Assembly: GCA_963674945.2 (NCBI GenBank)
Contig: CAXXWQ010000004.1
Span: 2,016,001 to 2,080,000 of the forward strand
Source: an uncultured Desulfosarcina sp.
GTDB lineage: Bacteria; Desulfobacterota; Desulfobacteria; Desulfobacterales; Desulfosarcinaceae
Length of the DNA: 64,000 nt
Direction of reading: 5' to 3'
Shown: one piece after another, positions 41,904 through 51,807 of the stretch
Position numbering within the stretch: position 1 is the first letter of the stretch
Layout of the letters: every line of letters starts with the position of its first letter
Program-made: the position numbers and the translations under genes
Notes under the pieces: model-generated
Told to the model about the DNA's origin: nothing
What the model saw: only the letters and a program-made list of their open reading frames with translations
The model's database searches: none

Positions 41904-42146
41904 ATGACTCCCGAAGATCGGATGAACCTTGAAAACGCCGTTCAGGAAAAAACGGATGATGGGGGTAACCGATGGCATAAGGTGTATTCTGGAGGCGGTT
42001 CCCACTTCCGGAACTGGCTTGACCAAATCAAGGAAATTTACGGAGAGGAAAATGTGGAGATTGAAGAAGTGAATTCCAACGGCTTACGGTGTTACACGGA
42101 GAGTGGTGAAAAAATGTACCGAATATGGGCGAAACAAAAAAAATAA
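41904..42146 (+). CDS. Small hypothetical protein
   Basis: 80-aa ORF (RWHKVYSGGGSHFRNWLDQ...CYTESGEKMYRIW) followed by a terminator. Confidence 0.7.
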   Translation: MTPEDRMNLENAVQEKTDDGGNRWHKVYSGGGSHFRNWLDQIKEIYGEENVEIEEVNSNGLRCYTESGEKMYRIWAKQKK

Positions 42147-42156
42147 AGGCGAAAAT

Positions 42157-42187
42157 AAAAAGGGCCGCCGGATTCCGGCAGCCCTTT
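42157..42187. terminator. Bidirectional terminator
   Basis: AAAAAGGGCcGCCGGA-t-TCCGGCaGCCCTTT between convergent genes. Confidence 0.75.
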
Positions 42188-42210
42188 CAATAAATCCGTT
42201 ACGATTCGAA

Positions 42211-43395
42211 TCAGTCACAAAGCTCGAACAGGGCGGCGGCACCCATACCTCCGCCGATGCACATGGATTCCACACCGTACTTGACACCCTTGTGCTGCAT
42301 GTTGGCCAGCAGGGTTGCGCACAGCTTGGCCCCGGTGCATCCCAACGGGTGGCCCAGGGCGATGGCACCGCCGTGGATGTTGATGATATCCATGCTGTCT
42401 TCAAGACCCAGTTCGCGGATGCAGTACAGGGCCTGGGAAGCAAAGGCCTCGTTGATCTCCCAGAGGCCGATGTCGCTGGTTTTCATGCCGGCCAGATCCA
42501 AAAGCTTGGGAATGGCATAGCGGGGGCCCACGCCCATTTCATCCGGCTCGCAGCCCACGGTGGTGTACATCTTCAGCTTGGCGATGGGTTTGAGTCCGTA
42601 CTTTTTCACGGCCTCTTCACTGGCGATGATGCTGGCCGCCGCGCCGTCGGTGGTCTGGGACGAATTGCCGGCGGTGACCGATCCGTTGGCGGCAAATACG
42701 GCCCGCAGTTTGGCCAGTCCCTCCAGTGTCGTGGTGGCGCGAACACCGTCATCGAAACCCTGTAGAAAGGTTTCTTTTTTGTAGGTGCCGTTTTCCTGGA
42801 GAACGAACTTGGCCGCCGGTGTGGGCACGATCTCGGTGAAAAGGCCTTCTTTCTGGGCCTTGGTGGCCCTCATCTGCGATTGGTAGGCAAAGGCATCCTG
42901 ATCCTCGCGGCTTACGTTGTATCGGTTGGCAACGTTTTCCGCAGTGATTCCCATGGAACAATACAGATCCGCCTGGGCCCTGGAATGCTCGGGATGAGGG
43001 CGCGGCAGATTGCCGCCCATGGGAACATAGGTCATGGACTCCACACCCCCGCCCATGGTCATTTCGGACCAGCCGGCCATGACCCGCAGGGAGGCAAGGG
43101 CGATGGCTTCCAGACCGGAGGAGCAGAACCGGTTGACGGTGGCGCCGGAAACGGAGATGGGGAAACCGGCGATCTGGGTGGCCAGGCGGCCGATGTTGAG
43201 TCCCTGCTCCGCCTCGGGAAAGGAGCAGCCGATCATGACATCGTCGATATCCTTGGGTTCGATGGCGCCGGTTTTTTCGACCGCGGCCTTCATGATGAAG
43301 GAGAGCAGGTCTTCGGGACGGGTATCTTTCAAAGCCCCTTTGCCGCGCCGGCATCCGGGCGTCCTGACGGACGTAACGATATAGGCATCTCTCAT
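42211..43395 (-). CDS. fadA: Acetyl-CoA C-acyltransferase (thiolase)
   Basis: VNRFCSSGL, GGVESM, TAGNSSQ, EINEAFA, GHPLG, CIGGGMG. Confidence 0.93.
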   Translation of the reverse strand: MRDAYIVTSVRTPGCRRGKGALKDTRPEDLLSFIMKAAVEKTGAIEPKDIDDVMIGCSFPEAEQGLNIGRLATQIAGFPISVSGATVNRFCSSGLEAIALASLRVMAGWSEMTMGGGVESMTYVPMGGNLPRPHPEHSRAQADLYCSMGITAENVANRYNVSREDQDAFAYQSQMRATKAQKEGLFTEIVPTPAAKFVLQENGTYKKETFLQGFDDGVRATTTLEGLAKLRAVFAANGSVTAGNSSQTTDGAAASIIASEEAVKKYGLKPIAKLKMYTTVGCEPDEMGVGPRYAIPKLLDLAGMKTSDIGLWEINEAFASQALYCIRELGLEDSMDIINIHGGAIALGHPLGCTGAKLCATLLANMQHKGVKYGVESMCIGGGMGAAALFELCD

Positions 43396-43413
43396 TGTGA
43401 GTCCTCCTTGTTT

Positions 43414-43538
43414 GACGGATTCGTAAAAAGTCCGATATCGGCGTTACGCTTCATCCTTCGTCACTGCGGAGTACGATAAGGTACGCCTCATTCCTCAGGA
43501 TTCGCAAGCCTTGATCTCGGGCTTTTTACGAATCCGTC
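43414..43538. repeat. ~125-bp palindromic repeat, copy 4
   Basis: Perfect 17-bp arms GACGGATTCGTAAAAAG / CTTTTTACGAATCCGTC. Lies between fadN and the thiolase gene. Confidence 0.92.
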
Positions 43539-43570
43539 CGAAAAGAGACCTTTTATGAGTTCCTCTTTGT

Positions 43571-45979
43571 TTAATTCCGTAAAGGCTTGCCGGTGGTCAG
43601 CATGTGCTCGACGCGGGCCACGGTTTTTTCCTGTTTCCAGAAATCGATGAACGCCTCTCTTTCCAGATTGAGAATCACCTCTTCATCCACCATGCTGTTG
43701 GTGCGTACATCGCCGCCGCTGAGAACAAAGGCGATCCGTTTGGCCAGGAACACGTCGTATTCGCTGACGTACTTGGCCGACTGCATGTTGAACAGCTCGG
43801 CGGCGATCATGCCCTGGGCTGCGGCGCCGAGAACCTGGATGGGCCGCTTTACAGGTGGTGCGTAGCCTTCATCGACCATCTTGAGGACCTCTTTCTTGGC
43901 TTCCCCGATGAGATAGTCACGGTTGAACACGATGCGATCTTTGGGTCCGAGGAAGCCGTTGGCGCGGGCCTCGGCCGCTGACATGGAAACTTTGGCCATG
44001 GCAATGGCCATGAAGGTCGGAACGAAAAACTTGGCCAGATCCACGTCCGTCACCGACGCGGGAATGTCGCAGGTCATCTTCTTCCACAGGTTGAGGCAAC
44101 CGCCGCCGCCGGGCAAAAGGCCCACGCCGATTTCCACCAGTCCCATGTAAAGCTCGCTGTGGGCCACGATCTTGTCGGCGGCACCGATGCAGACTTCGCA
44201 GCCACCGCCCAGGGTCAGGCCATAGGGAGCCGCAACAACCGGGAAGTTCGCGTAGCGCACCTTCTGCATGCCGCTCTGGGCCTTCTTGAGGAAGGCGTCG
44301 ATCTCGGCATACTTTCCCTCTTTGGCCAGCCCGGCCATGTAGAACAGGTCGCCGCCTGCGGAAAAGGCCCCGGGCATACCGCCAGCCTGATTGCCGATCA
44401 CCAGACCGGCGCCGTTGGCATCCACGTAGTCCATGCCTTCTGCCATGAAATCCACGATTTCGCCGTTGATGGCGTTCATTTTGGTATGGAATTCCAGGCA
44501 GAAGACGTCATCGCCGATATCCACCAAAGAGGCGGACTTACAGGTCTTGACGGTTTTGTTGTCGGCCTTGCGGCCAGCCAGAGAAATGATATTGTCGCTA
44601 AGTTTTACCGGCTTGTAGGTGGATGAGGCAAAATCATAAAAATAGGGGTTGCCGTTTTCCACCTTGTAAAAGCGTTCGTTGCCGGCGGCAAGCATGACCT
44701 TGACTTTTTCAGGAACGACCATGCCGTCGGCTTCCATCTTGGCCACCGATTCGGCAACACCGATGGCATCCCAGGTTTCGAAGGGCCCCATTTCGAAATT
44801 GTAGCCCCATTTCATTGCATTATCGATTTCGACGATGGTGTCGGAAATTTCAGGAATTCGGTTGGCCGAGTAGATCAGGTTGGCGGCAATGGCCTTCCAG
44901 GCAAACTTGGCGCCCTTGTCGTCGCCGTAAACCACCGCCTTGATTTTCTCCGGCAGGGTTCTGGCGGCCTTGGCGGCAGCAATACAGGGAAGTTCCACCT
45001 TGCCGTACTCGCCATGTTCCAGGGTGGCCGGATCGATGACCTTGCGGATCTTCTTCCACTCGGGCGTCAGATCAGTCTTATAAAACCCCACCTTGGTCTT
45101 TTTCCCCAGCATCTTGCCCTCGATCATCTTGCCCACGAACGCAGGCATGACAAAATCGTTCCGGGCTTCGTCGTCGGGAACCATGTCATAGGTGTTTTGG
45201 GCCACGTGGGCCATCGTGTCCAGACCGACCAGGTCGGCGGTCTTGAACATGGCGGTTTTCGGACGCCCCATGGCCGGACCGAACAGGGCGTCGACCTCGG
45301 GAATCGTCAACCCCTCTTCCATCATCAGTTGCATGGTCTTGACCATACCCTGAACACCGATACGATTGCCCACGAAATTGGGGGTATCCTTGGCCCATAC
45401 GATGCCCTTGCCAAGAACCCGTCCGCCGTAGTCGGCTATGAATTCCAGAATTTCGGGAAGTGTCTCTTCCCCGGGAATGATCTCCAGCAGCTTCATGTAG
45501 CGGACAGGATTGAAAAAATGGGTCCCCAGGAAATGTTGTTTAAATTCGGTGCCAAGATCTTCGCTCATGCTCTTCAGCGGAATGCCGGAGGTGTTCGAAG
45601 AAACGATGGCGCCCGGCTTTTTCACCGGTTCGATGCGTTTGAGCAGTTCCTGCTTGATCTTCAGATTCTCGACCACCACTTCCACGATCCAGTCGCATTC
45701 GGCCAGTTTGTCGAAGTCATCCTCAAGATTGCCAATGGAAATCAGATCGGCATCCTTGGACTGCATGAGAAGCGCTGGCCGGGACATGAGAACCGTATCC
45801 AATCCGGCTTTGGCCATCCGATTCCTGGCGACCGGGTCATTTTTCTCCTCGTCCGTAAGATCGAACGGAACGATGTCCAAAAGCAGCGTTTTCACGCCGG
45901 CACTGGCCAGAAGCGCCGCAATGCCGCCGCCCATGACACCGCTTCCGATGACCGCTGCCTTCCTGATTTTTCTGGTCAT
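43571..45979 (-). CDS. fadN: 3-hydroxyacyl-CoA dehydrogenase/enoyl-CoA hydratase (FadN-type)
   Basis: VIGSGVMGGGIA, SSNTSG, HFFNPVRYM, KDTPNFVGNRIG, crotonase LGGGCE/VEIGVGL, ends GKPLRN. Confidence 0.9.
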   Translation of the reverse strand: MTRKIRKAAVIGSGVMGGGIAALLASAGVKTLLLDIVPFDLTDEEKNDPVARNRMAKAGLDTVLMSRPALLMQSKDADLISIGNLEDDFDKLAECDWIVEVVVENLKIKQELLKRIEPVKKPGAIVSSNTSGIPLKSMSEDLGTEFKQHFLGTHFFNPVRYMKLLEIIPGEETLPEILEFIADYGGRVLGKGIVWAKDTPNFVGNRIGVQGMVKTMQLMMEEGLTIPEVDALFGPAMGRPKTAMFKTADLVGLDTMAHVAQNTYDMVPDDEARNDFVMPAFVGKMIEGKMLGKKTKVGFYKTDLTPEWKKIRKVIDPATLEHGEYGKVELPCIAAAKAARTLPEKIKAVVYGDDKGAKFAWKAIAANLIYSANRIPEISDTIVEIDNAMKWGYNFEMGPFETWDAIGVAESVAKMEADGMVVPEKVKVMLAAGNERFYKVENGNPYFYDFASSTYKPVKLSDNIISLAGRKADNKTVKTCKSASLVDIGDDVFCLEFHTKMNAINGEIVDFMAEGMDYVDANGAGLVIGNQAGGMPGAFSAGGDLFYMAGLAKEGKYAEIDAFLKKAQSGMQKVRYANFPVVAAPYGLTLGGGCEVCIGAADKIVAHSELYMGLVEIGVGLLPGGGGCLNLWKKMTCDIPASVTDVDLAKFFVPTFMAIAMAKVSMSAAEARANGFLGPKDRIVFNRDYLIGEAKKEVLKMVDEGYAPPVKRPIQVLGAAAQGMIAAELFNMQSAKYVSEYDVFLAKRIAFVLSGGDVRTNSMVDEEVILNLEREAFIDFWKQEKTVARVEHMLTTGKPLRN

Positions 45980-46048
45980 GGTGAAACCTCCTTATAATTT
46001 CGATTCCAATCCTTACGGTTTGTGAAACCGAGTCGGATACATCAAAAA

Positions 46049-46066
46049 TGAATGAGTATTCATTCA
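46049..46066. promoter_or_regulatory. FadR(YsiA)-type operator, site 1
   Basis: TGAATGAGTATTCATTCA palindrome just downstream of a minus-strand TTGACA (46089-46094) promoter for fadN. Confidence 0.7.
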
Positions 46067-46213
46067 TATAGCAACAACGATAACCGTATGTCAAGATCAA
46101 TTCACACGGAGAATTGAAATCCTACCTATTTAGAATTCATGGAAAGAGCAGTCGGCAGATGAGACGACATCCTTCCTGAACGATGGGAAAATCCGGCTTT
46201 TTTCAAATAAAAA

Positions 46214-46231
46214 TGAATGAACATTCACTCA
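46214..46231. promoter_or_regulatory. FadR-type operator, site 2
   Basis: TGAATGAACATTCACTCA. Confidence 0.55.
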
Positions 46232-46975
46232 AGGAATCGACCTGCCGTCGGCGAACGCCGGTTCATGCAGGGGCAGCAAAATATCGGCCATGTCCCTCAC
46301 CTTGATCATGAGGTCATAGGCCTCGTATGTGTTCACGTGGGTTCCCGGCGGAATCACCTCCATCTCCATGGCACGAATCTGTTTCGGCGGGAAGAAATTT
46401 TCATTGATCACGCAAAATCCGGTAATGGCTGCCATTCCACCGGCCGTCTCCACCAGTACCGTCAATCCTCCTTCGGTGTGGGCAGGGGTATGAAGGACAC
46501 GAATGCCCTCGGCGACGATGTCCCCATCCTCCAGGAGCCGAATCTGGCCGTTCGCCTCCACATCTTCGATGTAATCTTCCACATATCGGAAATCCAAAGG
46601 ATGCGGATCATGAATACGGACCATCTCTTCGGAGTGGACGAATATTTGGGCGTTGGTACACTTATAGTCATTTTCACAGTGGTCGTTGTGAAGATGGGTG
46701 TGAATCACCGTATCGATCTTTTCCGGAGTAAGCCCGTGTTTCGCAAGCCCCTCTTCGAAGGTATAAATCTTTCCGCCGATGGCGCGTTCCCGCTCCCCGG
46801 ATTGCACCGGGTGCATTTCGCCGGTATCGACGATGATGGTCCGGTCACCGCCGTTCAAGTACCAGCAGTAGATGGGAATGGTAAATGGGGTTCCATAATC
46901 ATGTTGATAGGTCATCATCCCTTTGTCGAATTGCTTGGTTCCCACGACGATGGGATAGATTCGGTACAGCGTCAT
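46229..46975 (-). CDS. Metallo-beta-lactamase fold, N-acyl-homoserine-lactonase family
   Basis: IVDTG, THLHNDH, HTPAHT, PLHEP. Start ATG 46975 with SD GGAGG. Confidence 0.82.
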   Translation of the reverse strand: MTLYRIYPIVVGTKQFDKGMMTYQHDYGTPFTIPIYCWYLNGGDRTIIVDTGEMHPVQSGERERAIGGKIYTFEEGLAKHGLTPEKIDTVIHTHLHNDHCENDYKCTNAQIFVHSEEMVRIHDPHPLDFRYVEDYIEDVEANGQIRLLEDGDIVAEGIRVLHTPAHTEGGLTVLVETAGGMAAITGFCVINENFFPPKQIRAMEMEVIPPGTHVNTYEAYDLMIKVRDMADILLPLHEPAFADGRSIP

Positions 46976-47270
46976 CAAAAATCCTCCGGATTGGATACGA
47001 TTCACTGCAGGAAAAAACGATGAGATTGCCAAGCCAGACGATCCCAGATCGGCTAGCATCGACGCGGTCAGTTTCAAATGGGCAAATCACACCACTTCAT
47101 TCAAAGATATTTGATACCCGTCAATTAATGTAGGGTCTATTGCGCACATGGTCAATACCGGTTTTGGCGGAAACCGTCTTCCCGTATTGACAGCATACCC
47201 GTTGAAACTATACATGTTTGCCATAAAATAAAAATGTCGCGCAGAAAAAACGGCAAAGAGGAACGTCTCC

Positions 47271-47612
47271 ATGACCCAAGAAAACGATATCGTGCTGATC
47301 CATTTCGAGGACCAACCCCTAAGTTTTGCACGCATTGAAAAGATACTTCCCAACAGCAAGCCGGATTGGTTTCATGTCACATTGCTGATGCTCCAGATTC
47401 CGCTGCAGGTCGTCACATGGATTTTACGAGACCGGTATATCGCCGGCGACGAGTTTACGATGAACGGGAAACGAATGCGATTGGAACGTGTCGTCTGCCC
47501 GGAACCCCTCGCCGAAGAAGAACCGCCTCCCGCACCCACCCCGGAAAAACCCCCGACGAAAAAAGATGGTAAGGCGAGGGTCATCACCTTGAAGGACAGG
47601 CGCAAGAAATAG
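47271..47612 (+). CDS. Hypothetical protein
   Basis: FARIE.I....K.DW..V.LL.LQIPL..VTWIL...YI.G.EFTMNG, then a Pro/Lys-rich tail. SD GAGGA. Confidence 0.8.
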   Translation: MTQENDIVLIHFEDQPLSFARIEKILPNSKPDWFHVTLLMLQIPLQVVTWILRDRYIAGDEFTMNGKRMRLERVVCPEPLAEEEPPPAPTPEKPPTKKDGKARVITLKDRRKK

Positions 47613-47624
47613 GTCGCCAACCGA

Positions 47625-48512
47625 TTGAAAAACATGGAAAGGGAAACGAAACAGGTCCTGTCCGTATCACGACGAACGGACATTCCCGCATTTTACATGC
47701 CCTGGTTCATGGACAGGGTGAATCGCGGCATGGTCGAGGTGGTCAACCCCTTCAACCGGAGGATCAGGCAGGTCCACGTCTCTCCTTCGCTTGTGCACAC
47801 CATGGTTTTCTGGTCCAAAGACTTCGGACCCTTTTTACAGCAGCGGTGTGGTGAACGACTTCAAGCCATGGGGTACCGACTGTTTTTCAATTTCACGGTC
47901 AATTCCCGATCGACGATCCTGGAACCGGGTGTGCCGCCCCTGAACCAACGACTGGACCAGCTCCGCCGGCTGTGCGACCGGTTTGGCGCCGGTTGTGTTC
48001 AATGGCGATTCGATCCCATCTGCCATTATCTCGACCGCGATGGCAAAACGGCATCCAACACCCATGATTTTGAATCCATCGCAGCGGTCGCCGGCGCGTG
48101 CGGTATCGAAGGATGCATAACCAGCTTCATGGATTTCTATGGCAAAATCAAGCGGCGCACGAAAAACCGCCTGACTCTCGTCTCCCCGAGCATGGATGAG
48201 CGTGCAAAGATCCTTTCGGACATGGAAAAGACCTTGGCCCCTTTTGGAATTCGCCTGAATCTGTGCTGCGAGAATGAGGTTCTTGAACGGCTCCCCCATG
48301 ATTCCACCGTCGTTGCCGGCGCCTGCATATCGGGCAGGCGCATCATGGCGGTCCACGGTGGTCGGGTATCCCTCAAACAGGACACCGGCCAACGGAAGAA
48401 GGCGGGATGCCGCTGCACCGTTTCCGTGGATGTGGGCTCGTATGATCTTCACCCCTGCCACCACAACTGCCTGTTCTGCTATGCCAATCCGGCCTGCGAT
48501 AAGAGGCGCTGA
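47625..48512 (+). CDS. DUF1848 family protein
   Basis: SRRTDIPAFY..WF, VFWSK, WRFDPI, C.C..S.D.G.Y...C.H.C.FCYAN. Confidence 0.9.
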   Translation: MKNMERETKQVLSVSRRTDIPAFYMPWFMDRVNRGMVEVVNPFNRRIRQVHVSPSLVHTMVFWSKDFGPFLQQRCGERLQAMGYRLFFNFTVNSRSTILEPGVPPLNQRLDQLRRLCDRFGAGCVQWRFDPICHYLDRDGKTASNTHDFESIAAVAGACGIEGCITSFMDFYGKIKRRTKNRLTLVSPSMDERAKILSDMEKTLAPFGIRLNLCCENEVLERLPHDSTVVAGACISGRRIMAVHGGRVSLKQDTGQRKKAGCRCTVSVDVGSYDLHPCHHNCLFCYANPACDKRR

Positions 48513-48514
48513 CC

Positions 48515-49516
48515 ATGAGAATCGGCAATGTGACCATCGAAAACTTCACGGTGATGGCTCCCCTGGCCGGCATCACCAATTTGCCCATGCGCCTCTTGGC
48601 CAAGCGCGCCGGCTGCGGCATGGTATGCTCGGAGATGATCAGCTCCAACGGGTTGGTCTACCGATCCGGCAAAACAATGCAACTTTTGGACAGCAAACCG
48701 GAGGAAAAGCCCCTATCGGTGCAAATATTCGGTGCAAATCCGGACATCATGGCCGAAGCCGCGAAGATCGTGGAGGATTCCGGAGCTGACATCATCGACA
48801 TCAATTTCGGCTGTTCCGTAAAAAAAATTCTAAAAAGCAATTCAGGCGCCGCCCTGATGAAAGATCCGCCGCTTTCGAAAAAAATCTTGCAATCCGTCCG
48901 TAAGGCCGTCTCCATTCCGCTGACCATCAAGATCCGATCCGGTTGGGAGTCTTCGGGTACCCAGGCATTGGAAATCGCCCGCCTGGCCCAAGAATGCGGC
49001 GTCGATGCCATTACCGTTCACCCGCGAACGGCCACCCAGGGCTTTCGGGGAGAGGCGGACTGGTGCATCATCGGTATGGTGAAAGAGGCGGCGACCATTC
49101 CAATCATCGGAAACGGCGATGTGACAACCCCTGAAGATGCCCTTCGCATGCTGCGGGAAACCGGGTGTGACGGGGTGATGGTGGGTCGGGCGGCCATCGG
49201 CAATCCCATTATCTTCGATCAAATCCTGGCAACGGCAAATGGTCGTCCTGCACCGACGCTGGATGATCGCCAGCGTATCGACATAATGCTCGCTTACCTG
49301 CGTGATTCGGTCCGTTACATGGGCGAGGACATGGCCTGTCGAATGATGCGCAGCCGGCTTTGCTGGTTCGTCAAGGGAATGCGTAACGCCGTACATTTCC
49401 GAGACGCCATTCGGTTCATCGAAACGGAAAAAGAAACCGTGGCGTTGATACAGCGATATGCGAGGGAGATCGGTGCGGCATACGTTGATGATCCCGAAAC
49501 GAGGGACGATGGATGA
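48515..49516 (+). CDS. dusB: tRNA-dihydrouridine synthase DusB
   Basis: MAPLAGITN, SEMIS, DINFGCSVKK, KIRSGW, VHPRT, GNGDV, GVMVGRAAIGNP. Confidence 0.9.
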   Translation: MRIGNVTIENFTVMAPLAGITNLPMRLLAKRAGCGMVCSEMISSNGLVYRSGKTMQLLDSKPEEKPLSVQIFGANPDIMAEAAKIVEDSGADIIDINFGCSVKKILKSNSGAALMKDPPLSKKILQSVRKAVSIPLTIKIRSGWESSGTQALEIARLAQECGVDAITVHPRTATQGFRGEADWCIIGMVKEAATIPIIGNGDVTTPEDALRMLRETGCDGVMVGRAAIGNPIIFDQILATANGRPAPTLDDRQRIDIMLAYLRDSVRYMGEDMACRMMRSRLCWFVKGMRNAVHFRDAIRFIETEKETVALIQRYAREIGAAYVDDPETRDDG

Positions 49517-49540
49517 TGGACGAAAGACACGGGAAGAAAA

Positions 49541-49575
49541 AACCGAGAACCGAGAACCGTGAACCGTGAACCGTA
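49541..49575. repeat. 7-bp tandem repeat x5
   Basis: AACCGAG AACCGAG AACCGTG AACCGTG AACCGTA between convergent genes. Confidence 0.85.
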
Positions 49576-49577
49576 TA

Positions 49578-50516
49578 CTACCTACCCGGAACCAATATAC
49601 TGCCCACGGGAAATATTTCCTTGGATGATGACCTTCCCAAGGCTTTTTTCGGTGATACCTGCTCGATGATCATCTCCCCAATTCTGGGACCGGGAGCGAC
49701 AAACCGCTGCCCGTCAAATCCAGTTATGGATTGACTTCCATCCAGCACGGAGAAAAGGTCCCCTTTTTCGATTCCCACATCGCTTCCGGCGGCAAGCACA
49801 AAAGAATCATCCTCTATGGCGGCGATGGAAGCCACCCAGCGGCTTTGGGAAATGACATCACCCATCTGACGGCCCAACGCCTCTCCCATCTCCCTGGCCA
49901 CTTCCACCAATTTGGCCAACTCGATCTCCTGGCCCTTGCCGACGGCTTCGGCTTGCTGCGCATCGATTTTTACATCTTCATTCAAGATGGCAAGTTCCAA
50001 CCGCGCACCGGTGATGACATCATAGACCGCAGATGCGGTGTGAACCTGAAGACGAGGCCCATCATTGCCAAAAAATAAAAACCCCGACTCTTCTTGCCGC
50101 ACACGGATATCCATGAGCATGGGGCTTACGACTGAATTGATTCCCATCTGTCGTGCCGACTGTACAAGGGCCTGGACATCGATTCCGCCGTTTTCCTTCA
50201 TCGGCGGCCGTTTTAAAAAGGAGGGATGGTCTTCGCCTCCCGGTAATAGAAGCATCGCGTTTTCACAGGTTGATGACACACCGGAAAAGAAGGCGTTCAT
50301 GAACGGCACTACCACCTGGGAACTGGTAAAGATGCTGGCATTGGAAAGTGTCATGACACCAACAATCTTTCTGTATTGATGACTTGCGGGAAAATCGCCA
50401 ATGGTCTTTTGTTCCGCCGGACGATAGGACCTGGAGAATTGACACGCGCAGAGCACGGATACGGCCGACAACAGGACAAGTAACCATTTTCCTTTGTGGT
50501 TTGCAGGGAGAATCAT
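49578..50516 (-). CDS. Hypothetical exported/lipoprotein
   Basis: Hydrophobic signal ending LCAC. 312-aa ORF overlapping the queF stop. Confidence 0.7.
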   Translation of the reverse strand: MILPANHKGKWLLVLLSAVSVLCACQFSRSYRPAEQKTIGDFPASHQYRKIVGVMTLSNASIFTSSQVVVPFMNAFFSGVSSTCENAMLLLPGGEDHPSFLKRPPMKENGGIDVQALVQSARQMGINSVVSPMLMDIRVRQEESGFLFFGNDGPRLQVHTASAVYDVITGARLELAILNEDVKIDAQQAEAVGKGQEIELAKLVEVAREMGEALGRQMGDVISQSRWVASIAAIEDDSFVLAAGSDVGIEKGDLFSVLDGSQSITGFDGQRFVAPGPRIGEMIIEQVSPKKALGRSSSKEIFPVGSILVPGR

Positions 50517-50917
50517 GAAGAAACCTCATACCGAGCGCATACGTCGGTGGTCAACCCGCCTCTCGATGTGAACCGCCCGGTCACCTCCATCATCTTGGGC
50601 TGGAGAACACTGACCAGGTCATCGAGTATTCGATTGGTAACGTGTTCGTAAAAAATACCAACGTTTCGATACTGCAGCAGGTAATACTTTAAGGATTTCA
50701 ATTCGACGATACGCCTGTCGGGCGTATACCGAATATCGATGGTACCGAAATCCGGAAGGCCGGTCATGGGGCAGACCGAAGTGAATTCCGGTTGAGAAAT
50801 CGTAATGACCACATCCCGTTTGCCGGCGTAGTGGTATTCGATGGGATCGAGGATATCGGTTTTGACGATATCCGGATTTTCAACTGTATATCGGACAGTA
50901 TGATCATAGTTTTTCAT
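50513..50917 (-). CDS. queF: PreQ1 synthase (NADPH-dependent 7-cyano-7-deazaguanine reductase)
   Basis: [36 protein letters not shown]. Confidence 0.94.
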   Translation of the reverse strand: MKNYDHTVRYTVENPDIVKTDILDPIEYHYAGKRDVVITISQPEFTSVCPMTGLPDFGTIDIRYTPDRRIVELKSLKYYLLQYRNVGIFYEHVTNRILDDLVSVLQPKMMEVTGRFTSRGGLTTDVCARYEVSS

Positions 50918-51065
50918 ATGGATCTCCAATCGATTTTTTCGGCTCCTTAATAGTGGATGGCGCAATCGGTGTCAAACATTCTGTCGCAATGGCATGTAAA
51001 TTTCCACTTTGAAATTCTGCTTGACAAGAATGGCCCTTCTTGACTATTAGAAAGCCATATAAAAG

Positions 51066-51079
51066 TTATACTATTCTAA
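51066..51079. promoter_or_regulatory. Candidate DtxR-family operator upstream of dtxR
   Basis: TTATACTATTCTAA, matching the TTAG-N6-CTAA motif also at 51770, 53771 and 54999. Confidence 0.5.
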
Positions 51080-51095
51080 ATTTGAAAGATGAAGC

Positions 51096-51668
51096 ATGAT
51101 ACCAGCCGATCATCATCGATCTCCAGCCAAACCGCTGACAACCGTGATGGAAGACTACCTGGAGGCAATATTCGATCTCAGCCAGGATAAAAAGGTCGTT
51201 CGCGTCAAGGATATCGCCAAACGGATGGATGTAAAAATGCCTACCGTTTCCAGCATGTTGCGTACCTTGAATGATAGAGGCCTAGTCCACTACGAAAAAT
51301 ACGAATACATCGAATTAACAAAAGAGGGCGGGTATGTCGGCAAGGAGATGCGCCGCAGACACGAGGTACTCAATGCGTTTCTCACCGAAATCCTCCAAAT
51401 TGGCCCCGAGAAGGCGAACGAAGAAGCGTGCAAAATGGAACATGCCTTAAGCGGGGAGACCTTGGACAGTTTGATCGATTTCATGGAGTTTATCCAGTCC
51501 TGCCCCCGAACCGGAAAGGTCTGGCTTGAACGCTTTCAAGAGTTCCGGGATCAAGGTCTCCAACCGGAAAAATGCCGTTCGCGAAGCAGTTCATTCTCCA
51601 AAATATTCAAGAAAAAGGTGAAAAACGGACAACCAACGAATACGGGGGAAGACGAGCAGACCGGATAG
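51096..51668 (+). CDS. DtxR/MntR-family metal-dependent repressor
   Basis: MEDYLEAI, RVKDIA..M.V..PTVS.ML, RRHEVL..FL...L, EACKMEHALS. Confidence 0.94.
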   Translation: MIPADHHRSPAKPLTTVMEDYLEAIFDLSQDKKVVRVKDIAKRMDVKMPTVSSMLRTLNDRGLVHYEKYEYIELTKEGGYVGKEMRRRHEVLNAFLTEILQIGPEKANEEACKMEHALSGETLDSLIDFMEFIQSCPRTGKVWLERFQEFRDQGLQPEKCRSRSSSFSKIFKKKVKNGQPTNTGEDEQTG

Positions 51669-51769
51669 GTTTCCAATAAAAAGGCGCACTTTGCCGGTAA
51701 CCGGCGAAAAATGGTAATTCCGCTTCGGATATCTTTCTTTCCTGAGCGGATTTTTTTGAAGAGGCATAG

Positions 51770-51783
51770 TTAGAATTACCTAA
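51770..51783. promoter_or_regulatory. Candidate DtxR-family operator
   Basis: TTAGAATTACCTAA just upstream of SD AAGGAGG of the 97-aa gene. Confidence 0.55.
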
Positions 51784-51807
51784 TAACACAAGGAGGATCG
51801 AACCAGA

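Noticed and set aside
49541..49575. CRISPR-like array
   Set aside because: Only a 7-bp tandem repeat, with no spacers and no cas genes. The 125-bp repeats are dispersed, not arrayed.
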